Shown: one piece after another, positions 36,336 through 51,300 of the stretch
Position numbering within the stretch: the first letter of the stretch is position 1
How the letters are laid out: every line of letters starts with the position of its first letter
Assembly (NCBI RefSeq): GCF_964204645.1
Contig: NC_134028.1
Coordinates: forward strand, 21,262,345-21,326,344
DNA length: 64,000 nucleotides
Source: Tubulanus polymorphus
Taxonomy: Eukaryota; Animalia; Nemertea
Reading direction: 5' to 3'
Position numbers and translations under genes: made by a program
The notes under the pieces: model-generated
Seen by the model: the letters and a program-made list of their open reading frames with translations, nothing else
Databases searched by the model: none
Told to the model about the DNA's origin: nothing

Positions 36336-39300
36336 CTACTCAGAAATACTCGAACAGCAATCACCAATTTTGAATCCATACTTGAAGAAAGCGAAGATTC
36401 TTTTGTTAGCGATGAAAGACAAAAATATGAGAAATCCTTGAGAAGAATTGAGCACATTGAAGAAGTACCAGAGAAAATCATTATTGACAAACGATGCAAT
36501 GAATCCTATGATCCAAGTCACTCCTGTCACCAATGCCATCCGATAGAAAATAAGTGTCGTATTCCTTTTGTCTTTTGAACCTGAAGTCTTGAAAGATGAT
36601 CGACGAATTTGATGAATTGTAACTAGAAACGAAATAAAACCGATTAAATCGAGAATTCCGATCGGTAAAACGAAAGCGAACAACAAGAAAGCGTTATGTT
36701 TGAACCAACAGGTTTTAGGGCTTCCGTAGATCATCGTGGAAAAGGTGGTCACGTGGGTTGAATGGAGGAAAATACAGGGTCCGACGATTATGATAGGAAA
36801 AATCCACACCGTTGACAAATATAAGCCTAAAACCTTTCGAGAGTTGGATAATTTATCAATGCTTGAAAATGTACGCACCAGGTGAATCGCTATAGCGGCC
36901 ATTGACATGAAAACGACCAACCAAATATAGTGTTTTAAGGCAGCCATACCGACGCACAATAACGTGTTACTCAAACCAAATGTGGATATATGCAGCGTTT
37001 GAGCTATTGCGAGACTTATACAGAAGTTTACGATGAGTTTTCCGGGGAAAGTCAGAAGAGTCGGAAAAATGAAATAAATAACGACAGTGACTACGAGACA
37101 AATAATCGACAGACAGCTGCACACGAACGTAATGAGAAAATCTCGATCAGTAAACAGGTCAAGGTCAGCGAATCTTATTTTCGACGTCCGACAAACCATA
37201 CCCCGTCCAGGGACATGATTTCTAATACAGTCAGTCTTTTTCGTTGAACAACCTCCGTATTTCGTCGACTGGTTTTGGCCATTGAATATCACCTGATATA
37301 TGTTGAAGTGTAAAAAGTTTCCATCGTCCGTGAATTCATCTTTTTCTTCAAACTCAGTTAAATTCATCTCGGTCGTTAATTCAGTTTCTCCGGTGCAGAT
37401 TGTATTTTCCATTTCATTGGTCATCACAAATTCATACTCACCAAAGGTGATGTCACTTCCGTCACGTCCAAATAGACAATTGATTATAGATTCGTAGTTG
37501 CTGAGGATTCGCTTCATCTCCATGAGAGGTTTCTTAACCTCGGAAGCGTCGATCTTTTCAAAAATTTCAAGCTGTCTCATGTATGAATTATTAGAGATGG
37601 TCGTCATTTTGCCGATTTCGTTTATTTTCATCCGGTGTACAGCAGGATGACACTTTAAATCATCCCAATATTCTAATTTATATCTTATATTTTCCATGAG
37701 TACGCGTTGAGTCTCGGTAAAACCGATGATTAACTTAACGCGTATGTGAAATCTAACCTTTGGCCAATCATTGAATTCTAGGCGACAAGTGTCACCGCGC
37801 CTGCGGTATCCACGCATACAGCCCTCGTTTCGACATGCGTATGTTTCCTTGTCGAATATTTCAGTAGCTTTAGAACACGCGAGATCTTCAATTGGAAACA
37901 GTGAAATCCTTGCCGAATCATCAAAACGTAACGCGAGACCGTTTACGAGGTTGAAATCGAGTAGAATATTCAGACCATCAATTCTTTGTTCGTACTGTTC
38001 AGCTATACACACCAACGCGTTCTGTACCAAATCGGGAAACTGACATCTCAAACAGTACGAGTTGCGAAAATATCTCAACTGACCTTTAATTATAGCCGAT
38101 ATTGGATTATATATTTGTTTACATCTAGTTCTTAGAATTGAATTATCCGGTGTCCGTGGACACACACTATCTTGGAAAGGAAATTTGTTTGAGCAGAGAT
38201 GCAGTAATACATTTGATAATGGAGGCTTTATATAAGTGTATCGGCATTGTGGGGGTAGACGTTTTGTCGCATCATGTGCCGCTTGTTTCAGATCATCTAT
38301 GACGTCACTCTCCATGATATTATCACCAGAACATTGAAGGTTTACAAAGGCGTGTCGAAATTCACTCATGTTTAAACCGTGACACATGGCGCAGTACATG
38401 TTTTTATACGGTAACCAGTTATCTTTGTACACAGGCATTTCTGTCAGTAGGTTTGAAGGCAAAGATTCGCAATTCATCTTAATGGCCATATCTTCGGTGT
38501 AATCATCGGGACATCGGTTGATTGCAAAAAATTTATACGGATAGCCATCTTTTATCGGTACCTCGATGCACCCGATGTTAGGAAGGTGATTTTCTATGGC
38601 GTTTCTCATCGTGCTAGACGTCGCACACTTGACGGATTTGTGGTCGCAACAATTACCTAAAACGGAGCAATCGCAGCTGTATCGAGTGCACGAATGATCA
38701 TATCTGTGACACACTGCGACACCGATTCCATCCTGATCAACTTCTATCTTTGGTCGCTCGTATATTTCGGTGTACAAGTTCATAAATGGACCGAAGAGAG
38801 TTCCTTTTCCGAGCATTTCCCTACCTAAAGTATGAAACAAAATATATGTACGTCCAATCGGACAGACTAACAACTATCATATGCATATCTATAAAATACA
38901 TTAGATCCTTTGGTGCAGTCATTGATACGATATAGAGTAATAGACCTAAAATAGAGCCCCGGGTAACTCCAATGTCAATGTTAAAAGCAGTTGATTTGAT
39001 ATCTTCAATTTCGATATTTGCAGCTATGAAACAGTACTATGCCTTTGATACCAATTGATAACTAAGTTTATGTAGGAGGTGATCAATGTGTCAAAAGCTT
39101 TTGATAAATAAAAAAAAATCCAATCAAATGCAGAACCCATAGGGGCTACACCCAAAATATGCTGAAAATTACGATGATAGAAAATTTTTCGGAAAGCTCG
39201 GTAATTTATTCCGGAAAAAATCATTTTCAATACACAGAGAAAACAAGTTTATTTCGAATTTGAATGACTTTTTCACGAATATGTCTCCAGCACGTACTAA

Positions 39301-41285
39301 ACAAACTTGAAAATTTCAACTCTTATAATTTGGCTGATATGCTGTCTTTTTATCAAAGCTTTTTGAACAAAAGAAATGACCAAATACATTATTGTTATTA
39401 GCTATTTTTAACATGAAGTAAAGAATAAAGCAGTTTATCTGAAACTTACGACTTCACCCCGTAAATGGATATCATAAAAATCAAATAATGCCACATTCAA
39501 ATATCTTTTTCATTATCATGCAGTGTAATAATAAAAGCGATGAAGGTTTCAGTTTCTAGGCGCCATTTTTTGGCGGTCCCTCGAGGTCCCCATTGTTGCG
39601 ATAATTTGCGCTAATTTTCAAAACATAAGTTAAGATTGAATATCTTAAAGTTCTGCAGTCCCTTGCTCGACGAACTTAATTTAAACACCATTTTAAAGGA
39701 AATGCAGATATGATATTTGCCGGTGATTCTTGGATTTTTTGAACGCAACAATTGAGAGCAGTGACGATGTGAAAACAAGGACTGCATATCTTAACCGCGC
39801 GTACAAAAAAATCGCGATATTTATTGATTTTGAAATATCTAAGTATCTCTTTAAGCTATATTTCCAATTTTTACAGAGGTTAAAGAGGTTGTTTGCAATT
39901 TGGGCCTGCGTAAAAAGTTTTTGAATATCTTTCCTGACGACAGATCTGTAACCGCTTGAGTTTGAGATTACGCACCAAAGGGGTCTCCCATCGCAATTTC
40001 TCTGAACGCGAAGTAGGCTCTCAACTAGGCCTACCTTTGCAATCGGCACAGAAAGTGCCCTTTCTTACAAGAAATCCTTTGATATCCCGACGCTACAAAA
40101 CTCGAATTCCTCAAAGGACACAAAGTCTATTTTTAAACATACAAAAATAAAGGTAATATATAACCATAAGAAGCAATATTAATAATAACAAACCAGTATA
40201 AAATTTTGTTTTTGTGATTTCTTATCGCAAATCTCAATGTTCAGAGAAATTGAGATGCGCTGTGGGAGACCCCTTTGGCGCGTAATCTTAAACTCAAGCG
40301 GTTACAGATCAGTCGTCAGGAAAGAAATTCAAAACAAAAATTTAACGCAGGCTCAAACTGCAAATAATCCTCCTTAATTGAAAATTGCAAATATAGCTTA
40401 AAGAGATACTCAGATATTTCAAAATCAATAAATATCGCGATTTTTTTCGCGCGGTTAAGGGTCCTTGGTTTCACATCGTCACTGCTCTAAATTGATGCGT
40501 TCAAAAATGTAGATAAGAAAAAGTACCTGCGATTGGGGACAATGTAAAGATGATGACCTCCACAATGAGAAAATATACGAATGTTCGCTTCATTTTCACA
40601 GTTCGTTTTGAATTCGGTTGAATCGCCGATAAGAATTCGATCCACGTGAAACATACCAGAAATATCAGACAATTTGACATCAAGAATCACCGGCATATAT
40701 CTGCATTTCATTTCCGTTAAAAGGTTGTTTAAATTAAGTTCATCGCGCAAGGGACAGCAGATCTATATGATATTCAATCTAAACTTATGTTTTAAAAATG
40801 AGCGCAAATTATCGCAACAATGGGGACCTCGAGGGACTGCCATAAAATGGTGCCTAGAAACTGGAAACTACTTTAAGTTAGGGTTAATCTTAGGAATCCA
40901 GAAATCTAATCGTTTGGCATTAAAAATCATTTCTAATCTTTGAAAATATTTTGTTTGATAAATGACCTTTAGCAGACATGTTTGACCAGACGCCCCTTTG
41001 TATTAACATTCACAAGAAACGTAAAAAGGAGTTATATAAGGTATTCATCAAGTAAAACATCAAAATTCTTAATTTGACTCCACAAGATCTACAAAATCTT
41101 AAACCTTCGAATCGAATATCGAATATTGAGCGAAATCGTTTTAACTTAAATGTTTTTAGATCTTAAAGGTTTTTCAAAATATCTTCAATCTTTACTTTTC
41201 GAAACTAATAATCATAGTAAATAACGATTTACTTACATAGACATGAGAAAATCAGGAGAAATCGTAGACGATTTGAACGTGTCAT
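36336..41285 (-). CDS. Class B2/adhesion- or Methuselah-like GPCR, copy 2 (~845 aa)
   Basis: Exon 1 is 41285-41237 (same signal exon, GTAAGT donor); exon 2 is 38824-36336. Same exon lengths as copy 1 and an open frame. Confidence 0.9.
39020..39150 (-). mobile_element. CR1-like reverse transcriptase fragment (paralog ~24220-24340)
   Basis: Reads IFFYLSKAFDTL, matching the RT motif (F)LDLSKAFD. Confidence 0.6.
39546..40868. mobile_element. Foldback-like element with ~460-bp inverted arms in the GPCR copy 2 intron
   Basis: Outer match gtttcagtttctaggcgccatt / aatggtgcctagaaactggaaac; inner match cctgacgacagatctgtaaccgcttgagttt / aaactcaagcggttacagatcagtcgtcagg. Arm fragments also at ~24700-25210 and 27760-27940. 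Confidence 0.8.
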
Positions 41286-44206
41286 TGTTAGTTGTCTGTC
41301 GTTGTCGATGTTTCTCGGTGAGCTTTCTGAAGCTCAGTTTATACTGTGACTGTCTCTTGGCGCGTTTGTGAACTGTATTCGTAGAGAAACGTGAACAAAC
41401 TTCGCAGAGAAAACTTCTGTCGTGAATTAAACGTATCTCAATAAGCGATTTCAATCTAGTTTTCTGTTCTGGGTGATGGTAAAAACACGTATAGGAGGTA
41501 ATCACTCCTGCATGACTCGTGCGCGTGACAATTTATATTACATTACATTATCTTTTCATTTATTCGGAGGTAAGGATTTTCAGGAGAAATGAAATGTAAC
41601 GTCGAAGGCACAGTTTTTCAAGCGATTACCATTGCAACCATTTAGATTTTTGGAATGGAACAGAATATTTCAATATTGGAGTATTTTCCACGAGAGAAAT
41701 GATGAAATATGACAATTCCCTTGTACAGCTTTTCTTCCTCATTTTCTACATGCGTCATTACCGTAAACATTAACCATTATCCAAACCAACTGAGCTTCCA
41801 TTCCATGTTTTATCTGATACTGTAAACGAACTGCCATTATTTGTAGTTCGGCTCTTCCGAGTCCTACTATACGCTATAGATTTTCAAGTAGTAACCAAAG
41901 ATTTTCAATAATTAAAAAAGATACCTTGTTTCTTATCACCGCCTGCATCGAAAGAATTACCTTCAAAAACGTAAAAAACCCACCCGAAATATAATTCTAA
42001 AGTGACAAATGAAATTTACTATGAAATTATATTTTACATGAAAGTTCATTTTCTTTTTTAAACTCGTTGTCTTACAATTCATTTTATTTTTGAAATAGTT
42101 GAAAAAAAGGTTTGGAAAATATCTTGGGAACAAGTGAATATTGCCGTAAAATAAAAATAATATTCACTCACCCTCATTATAAGTTCGCAAAGTTTTATTG
42201 CGACTTTTTAAAACTAGAAAAAAAATGAAAACCTCCCGCCGCCCTCATCTGATATCTTCGTGTTGCTGTGGTAAGAAACAGGGCATCTTTTTTATTTGAC
42301 CAAAACTGTGGACTTTCAAACGAGGGGGCCTGAATTGCGGTGTAAGATCAAAGGGTCGTTGGTCGATGAGACGCTGGATTTCTATATTCAGGGTTTATAG
42401 GATTTTTGTTTATCTTTCAATCTGTAGATTGTTTTCTGTTTGTGAGTTGTTGTTCTGAGTGTCGAAATATTACTCTACTATTAGCCATGGCGTGACACTT
42501 ACCGGCCACTTGGAATATTAATCTGCATCCAATTCGACAAATCGTTCCGTGTTAATGATTGAATGAAATGATTGAGGTATCACGTATCAAAATTTTCTAT
42601 TTCTGATGATTTTAATCGCTTCAATATAATATCTCGTTTTCAACGAATTGCCATGGATCACATTTTCATAGAGTGCACTCAAAATTCTTTATTCTACCGG
42701 ATGATTTTTTGTCGACTGCGAAGATTTTCAGATATTATCAGTTATAATGATTAGATATTGGTAACTGTTAAATAAATTATCAACTCAGCACGAAATATTT
42801 CATAAGGTTTATTTCATATCCCGTGAAATCAAATTTAACAGTTCGGTATTCTATTCACAGGCCTAAAATATTGGACTCGCCTAGAATTGAAAACTAACTA
42901 GATTTGCCTAAATTCAGAGGCAAAATAACATCTTACACTTAGATGGGTTTTTGACACCAACAGTTATCAAACCGTAATACACAAAATCTTAATGCTGTTC
43001 AGAAGTTCAACTATCTAAAGACATTACTTGCCGGTGAAGCGGAACAAACTGTAGGTGGTCTAACACTTGCAGAAGCAGGTTATCAGATAGCTCTTGATAT
43101 TTTGTTCACTATAGGTATGGACAGAAGGACAAAGTCGCTCATGCACATTTACAGTCACTGATCAGTTTGCAGCCTCCGTCATTACAATACGTTACGTGAT
43201 TTTTATGATAATGTGGAAAAATTGATTCGATGTTTAGAAGCCTTAGCGAAGTTCGTTTTCAGATCTATTAGTATCCGTTTTAATCGAGAAACTTCAAATA
43301 TGCGTTATTACGAATATAGCTCGCCTGGATGGCGGTAAAACCCATATAAACTAAGAAAATCTCCGTACTTTTTTACATTCCGAAATTAATCTGTTAGGTT
43401 CGGCTGAGCGATCATCTTCATTTGAGATCAAGAAAAAAAACTGCAGCGCAATTTTGTTTCACGCTCGTGTGAACGGCTGAAATGATCGTCCTTGTGTTTA
43501 TTGCGCCTAACTCAGTTGTTTGGGTCATCATGTAGCAAGAAAGTGCAAATCGAAATTCTGTTGTAGAATTTTGCAGAAACAAACATCATTCAAATTAATG
43601 TACTTATCAAAAGAATTCTGATGTTAATACTAACACAACTTCCGCTCAAAGCGTACATCAGCAAGATGAATATACTAATTTGTTGCCGGCATCGCACTGT
43701 TCGGCAGGAAATATGTTGCCGTCGTCTGAAAAGTCGGCTGAACTTAATATGACAGCGAATGATCAAAATTATACCAAACATCATAATTCTAATGCTAGAA
43801 TTGTTAGTGGGTAACCATGTTTCGGCTAATAAAACATTTTGATTAACGACCTATGTTCGATTTTAATGCGTTTCAGGATGCACACCTTAGCCTTTTGTTC
43901 AGATATCGATGTTTTATTACATGACGACGATCGCGATTTTGTTTTGTAGGTTTTTTGGCTGTTGGATCCAACGAATCCTAATAGTGGATTTCATATTTAT
44001 ATATTTTGCGTTGTACTTTTTGGAGCGAAGAGCTCTCCATTTTTTTTTTAAATGCAGCGTTATCATAAGGAATTGAATCAGGGTGTAGTACGTAAGTCAT
44101 GACAAATATCCATGAAGATGATGTTATTTCTGCCTGTGAGTCAATAAGTGAATTCATCAATTATTATAAGTTTTCACGGGAATTATTATCCGAAGGTGGA
44201 TTCGAT

Positions 44207-45040
44207 CTAGCAATGTTAAACGTTACAAGAACGAATTTCGCGAAATTGTCCTATATAAATACATAATACATAAATAATGACGCGATTCGTGGCATCAAAG
44301 AATTGTTTTGCTATTAATCAATTTGAAAATCTTCAATGCCACAAATCGGTTGTATGTTTGATGATATCGAACAATTTTGATAGAGAAGCGATTCGTGGCA
44401 TTGAGGACTTGTTTTGTAGCGTACAGTATACGTGAACTAGAAGCTGCGATCACAGTGAGACGATTTGGCCCGGGTTTAACCGGCCCGGTTGTTACTAAAA
44501 CTTGTTAGGCCTACTTGTTATAAACTTATTACTAAAAGTGCTATCAAACAATGCTGCGGCAAGTGAACTGGGTCACTTCCAGGGCCGTACTTAGAAGGGA
44601 GCCCAGATATTTTGGAGAAGTGCCTTTTTCGAAAATATTTTTGTCATATCCTATAGATCGGTCCTTTTTCGAATCTCTGAAATTCGGCGGAACCTGTGTG
44701 AACGGTTAGCCCGGACCTAATCTTATACGGGTCACACTTGGAGCGGGTCAAATACGCTCGTGTGATCGCAACGTTCCATACCTAAACTAGAGTCAACCAT
44801 TAATCGATGAAATAGAGTTTGGAAATCTGAAGAAACCAGCGAAAATTACTTGCTACATTTTAAACTGTCGCGTTATTTTGGAGCCACGTTTGCAGTTCAC
44901 CGAGGTTTCTATCTGCCCACATTTTGTTACTATTCGCTTTGTTTAACGCTGCCTCGAAGAGGTGCGCGTCATCGCCGATATCCTGCTTGTTATCATCGAA
45001 AAACCTTTGCAGCTACAAAAATATCAATGAACGAGAAATA
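44207..45040 (-). pseudogene. Inverted duplicate of the aminopeptidase last exon and 3' flank
   Basis: Reverse complement of ~18526-19363. The ORF track gives nearly identical 63-aa translations at 18525-18716 (-) and 44850-45041 (+). Confidence 0.92.
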
Positions 45041-45346
45041 AATAGGAAGATAGGTGGAAAGAACGAAGTTCGCGAGTTCTCTGATTCGAGTGAACACGCT
45101 CATGACAGAGTTGCTCATTCAAAATACGACAATCAAGTTTCATTTCAAATGTCAAAAAACCGGTTAGCACCTACAAAGGCTCGTCGTACACCAGAAATGG
45201 AATTGTTGGCCGCATTTATAGCTGCTCGATTATCACATTTCGTAAGGAACTAGTTGTTCACTTTTGGTGCGATAGCGTTGCACTGGGTTACATCTAGTAA
45301 ATACTTATCTCCTTCCGTAGCGAATAGAGTTTCTGAAACTGAAATA

Positions 45347-48300
45347 GAGTTTCCCAAATGTTTTGATACTTTCTCAGTTTGTATCAAAAATATTGCCAAT
45401 TTCTGGTCCTTGAGTCCTGAAAAATGATAAATTTACAGCGCAAAATCGTACAAACGTGTCAATTATACTTCTAAACACTTTATTTGCGGACCAGTTTATG
45501 AATTGAACGTGGGCCATAGAGCGCTATATCCGCCTATGATCTCAACTTTCAATTTATTACGTAAGCTATTCGTGAACAAAATGCGGTCGGCGCACAATAG
45601 AAACTTGCGCTAGAAACGCTCTATTTATTCTTTCATTACCGCCGACAAAGAGGACCGATATTTCGCAAATTGGATTCGGGAGGTTTAAACCTCCCAAGGT
45701 CAAACCACTAAAATTGTGACCTTCGTGGAGATTATCTAAAAAGCCGATGGTAATCAAATTTAGCATAACTTTTTACCCAAACGTTCAATGGCATTCCTAA
45801 GTATTTGATGAAAGTTGAGAAATCATAAGATATTCATATAGCCATGGACTCTAAAACCTAAATCGTATAAGAGTCTCTGATATAAAAAAAACTTCGCATA
45901 ACGAAGAAGCAAAAATTCGAATCTGATTCATCTGTTTGGAATTGATTCTTATGAAATGGAAACAAATGCGTGAGCACCTACTCATTCATTCAATTTACTT
46001 TGCGGCTTTACAACGGCTATTTCACTGGTTCTGCGTGATGAGATAATTCTGATTAAAGTTATTGTAATAATTTCTATATTTATATACGTAATGATACTCT
46101 TTCTCAATAAAGGATGCACGTTATTCGAATCCCCACCATTGTTCTCTACAATGTACGTTAATCAAACTCACGATAAAACCAGATCCAAAACCATTGACTC
46201 AAAAACAAAGGATCCGTGGTCAAACATACAATTCTAATTTCCCCGTTAGTTCACTGATGCCGTCAGTTTCTATCGAATGCAAGGATTCTAGCCAATCAGA
46301 GAGGCGCATGTACACATCCATTGGCATGTTAGTTATAGTACAACTTAGACAATAATCAAGGTTCGAGCCAATGTCAGTAACTAGAATATGTTCTTTCATC
46401 AAATACAAATAACTCAGCAGTAGTCAGTTAGTTGAGTTTGTTTGACTTGATTTGTATTTCATCAATCAATCTATTTCATTTTATTTTAAAGTACAAACTA
46501 AACGCTTGAATTGCTTATAACACGACCAGGTATGAATTAGAATAGATCGGCTTAATATTTCGAATGCAAATTTGGCGTTTAAGCAATCGGAAATTCGAAG
46601 TGCTTGAGAAATTTTTCAATACGCACATTACTTCGAATAGCGATAAGTTCATTGACACATGTGACCATTGTTGTGTTACTTTCGATAGCGAGTCGAATAA
46701 GCTATGGGACAGCTAACGACAGCACAATCGCAATATCAACAGAAGTTCATTTTATCCTACATGATGAGGCTAAATTCAGTGAAATCGATCGTGTTCTGAA
46801 ATATATATTTTCCTGGATACATGTTGTTTATTGTAGCTATTCTATGCGGTTTTACATTAACCTGCTATAACATATTGACCGTTTTCAAGAACCCAAAAAT
46901 TTTCTGGGTATCTGTTTTTTTTTCAAAAACAACCCAAACCCGAAATTGTGTACAGTTAGTACGCAGCGTATATACTGTCGGATTAGAGAATATTGAAAAA
47001 ACTTAGAAAAAGTTCAGTGAAGGAAAATAAGCTCAGCAGTGACAAATTGTCATTTCATCCCCTGCACGTGATTAATTGATGTCCAAATATCTTCTACCGT
47101 GAAAACTCTGCATTTAGCGTCAAACGAATTTTTGTATACGTATCTCAGGATGCATGCTCTTCAAAAAGGTAGCCTATTAGGAAAAAACTTACCCGGTAAA
47201 ATCCTAATTTGTCCTAAACGATATTCCAACTATTATTTTGTTAATTATTCAACTATCATCACTAACTGGGTAAGTTAGTTGAACTTACATAAAGATATTT
47301 CATTAGGGACACTTCAATTTCACACCATTCAATATCATAAGGGAACAAAATTCTTTGAAACTTGGTAGTTCTTAAGACTAGGTTTTGTTTCCGAAATTTA
47401 CTAAATGTACCAATTCTAATAATTCACTCATTGAAGCTTCTATATATAAAAAGCGAAAGCTCGTGCGTCGGAATAAATAGTTAACCTTTAAACTACTACT
47501 CGTCTCTTCATTTAAATTCAAATAATATAAGTCTTTATTGATTCTTTTTTGTTGAAATATGCATAACTTTTTCTGGGCAAATTTCTATATTCTGTCAAGT
47601 CATGGACTCTAAAACGATTTAGACATTAAAACGTTTTAGAGTCCATGGTCAAGGTATTTTGGCTATAACGAATATGACTAACTCCCTGGGGCAACGATGT
47701 GGCTGATGAAATGATCTCTCCCATTGTAATCCCACCATTTAATTACTCATTGTATAACAACTCTCACAATTAAGCCTCGGACTCTTAAACGAATTATGAG
47801 TGCATGCTTTAGTATAGGCTTTGATATACCGGGTAGAGCATATTGTCTTGATTTAGAACATGTATGCATGAACTCTAGGCTGCAAAGAAATACGTTTTCA
47901 GCGGCTCTAATCGAGTTAAATTTTTCGTGATAGATTAACACAGAAAGGCGACACCCAATCGCTGCTTATTGACATTAGGCACAAGTCACTGTTATGTTCA
48001 TTAGTAAAACTAATATAGAATGAATAAGTGAGGAGGGAAAATGTATAAATTAAATTTATAAATGAATTTATAAGAATTTAGCATGCATCGGAGTGCACTT
48101 AAATTGGATTATTACAAAATAACTCACTTCAAAATTTATGATATTGTTTCATTGATATTTATTACTTTAAAGCAATTCACTTTAAGAACTTTGGTCAACA
48201 ATAAGTCTGACCTGCAAATCAAATCATCGGGAGACAAAATACTGTTTCAAAAAATTATATTGCTAATACATTCCTAATCTTAACCTTTCGCCATAAACCT

Positions 48301-51300
48301 ACTGGATTTAGAGCCTGGGGCATTTTAGATGGTTGTAGGTAGAAATCCCCTAGGTAAAATCCTCACCTGACGATTTTTCAAGAACATTTGAAAGCACGAT
48401 ATTTATTCAAACATATTCCTCCACAATACAACTGCAATATATTTGAACTGTGCATTGAACTATTTTGTTGAAATAAATCTTTAAATAAATTCATAGAATA
48501 AATGAAATTAATGAACTTTTTATTCATACTACCTTTTCATATTTTTATTCATACTATCTTTTCATATTTTTATTCATACTATCTTTTAATTCGAAATAAA
48601 TAACTCTTTTTTACTTGTGGTATAGTATGCTTATGATATGGATTCGATTTACGTATCAATATGTTCATGTTGACAGGGGCCTGATGATGGCTAATAGCAT
48701 TAGCCGAAACATTGCTCGTAGAACATTTGATTTTTAGCTGAATTCATTGTGGGATTTGTCTCATTATTCACCATACACGGATATTGTGTATTTTCTTCTC
48801 ATTTTCATGTTGGTTTTGAACAACTTAAATTTTGCGATTCTAATACCTTATTAACTTTAGATGACAGTAATACCTTCAATTTACATTTAACATATGATCA
48901 CTGCTGAAAGTGTAATAAGGAATATATATTTACTCCAGTGACAATATTTTGATTCAAAGATTTAATTCAATCATCTAGTCTGAGTCTTTATGGTAAAACT
49001 TCTGGCTAACCAAGAGCTAGCCGAATTCCGACAATAGAAGGTGGTCGCTTGAAAATTAGTTAATTTACGCAACAGGAATCTATCTTGATTTCAAGGGCAC
49101 TTCAATTAATCGTTTCAATAGTGACCACTGTAAATTAGCCAGTAGTTTAAATGACCGAATTCAATCAACCGATTCGTATCCTAAGAATGAGAATTGTATC
49201 TAACCACAGTAGTTATTCCTCATCAAACGTTCGGTCATCATATTATACATCTATACATCATTACTATCATCTTCAGTTAATAGAAGTGCAATAAAATCTA
49301 GAATCTATGAGTTGAGATTTTTTAAACATAATAAATTGTGTTGATTTTATGTTAGTTAAATCAAATATTGGGAATATTTTACCGGGGGATTTTCACTTTG
49401 GGGATAATAACCTAAATTATTTTATATCATCGGTTTTCATTAAGAAAAAAAAACAACTATTAATCTTAACTACACTTATTTTATTCCTTTTGGAACATTA
49501 AGATTCTTTCATTGAATTTAATATGTTATTTCGTACAATAGTTCATCACAGTGCGTCATCACGCTTAAATGTACAAAACTTCTTTACAGAGTTCAAAATA
49601 TAAACCAACAATCTCATCTCAAGCATGTACTAGCGCTGACGCTATGGGATAAAACCAAGTCTCGATTCATTGCCTAAAATGTGGGTACATTCATTCAAAT
49701 CAGGACTAAAATACGCTTATATGAATATCTTGCATGATATCATTTTACATTACGGGTGTCTCATAGGCCTGGTTTTACTTGTACATTGTCATCAATTAAT
49801 TAAACATCCCAAGTAACTTCGTTATTTACTTATGGCTTAATCACTGGTATTCAATAGCTAGTCGGCTATAGAAAGACTAACCCGATAAAATTCCATTAAC
49901 CGTTCGTCCAGGGTCGAACACTCGCGTGTTAATTCGCAACGATTTTAAAGAAAGAAAATGATTGCATGAAATCTAGTTTTCGTATCAATCGGCGTCCAAT
50001 CTCTTAAACCATCCTAAACACAGTAGTTTAGTAGTTTGTGTCTATTTGCTTTTGCTGATGTCATTTAACATAACAATGGAAATGTATTCGTTTATTTGGA
50101 AATTATATGAAGATATGGAGTAATCATGTGACAAATCAAATTATTACTGCAAGGCAAAACATAGCGCACTTCAGATATATGATATGGCCTTAAAGACTTT
50201 CCATATATTAACAGTCCAGTTTAACGTCTATTGATATGAATAGTTCAGTTTTGATATGACTGTCGCAACAGTTGGAATAAAACGTATGAAATCTAGGAGC
50301 ATTTATCTCATGAAATTTAGATTTGAGATAATTGTATTGTATTGTATGAGGATTAAACATTTCAATGGCTGGTGATTATTTGTGATGAAATAATCAGTGA
50401 GATGGACTGTTGATGTAGCCCTGATTGAGGCACTCGGGTCAAATAATATTTTTAGATACAACAGTGCATTTGTTAAAGCAGAACACATGATTTTAAACTA
50501 AATATAAGTAGCTAAACCGTTAATTTTCATTCCTAACTTTTTCATCACTCCCGATTATCAAAAATAATTCAACAGTTTGATTAACGGATAGTTGCAGTTA
50601 ACAACATTTCTATCTGATAGAGAAGGTATACAGGTATACAGAGGAACAAGAAAAGAACATCCAACTAGACACTGAAAAATCTTTATTCGGGTTTTTTACC
50701 AGGGGCCTTTACCTTGGGGTATATTTAACAAGTGGATTTTTACTGAAAGGGACCTTTACGGGGCGAGTTTTTACCCGATCACATCGATTATTGAATGACA
50801 TGTTCGATAAAATCATGACAAAAACTGGTATCACTGGTACAATTTGCTAATTTTCGCTATTCGGGTGGTTCTGTAGATTATTGGCTATACCGTTGGTAAC
50901 TGAATAGCTATTTGTATTACTGATCGGACTGTGATGTGAAAATATAGCTTTGACAAAACCACAACGAGAAATGAATCAAATGCAATATTTGACTCGAAAA
51001 CGAGCTTAACCATGGATTCAGTAACGTTTTTTTTACAGTCCATGGCTGAAATGACGCTATTGAAAAAATCAATGAGAAATACTGCCTCCGATTTTTATGA
51101 CGAAAATATAGGAATGAATTCCGAACAGAATCAAATCAGGTTGTTCTTATTGGTATTGTGTATACATTTCATTTATTAGATATTTCAAGTAATTCGTGTA
51201 ATTAGGAAAAACTCGATCCAATAATGGGTTTTTCTTTTGGTTTTAAGTAATTTACAACTTACCAAATATGGACTTCATGGTTTGACATTAAAACCAGTGA

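Noticed and set aside
41233-41505. 90-aa ORF upstream of GPCR copy 2
   Set aside because: Frameshifted in the unit 1 paralog and in a different frame from the signal exon; most likely 5' UTR.
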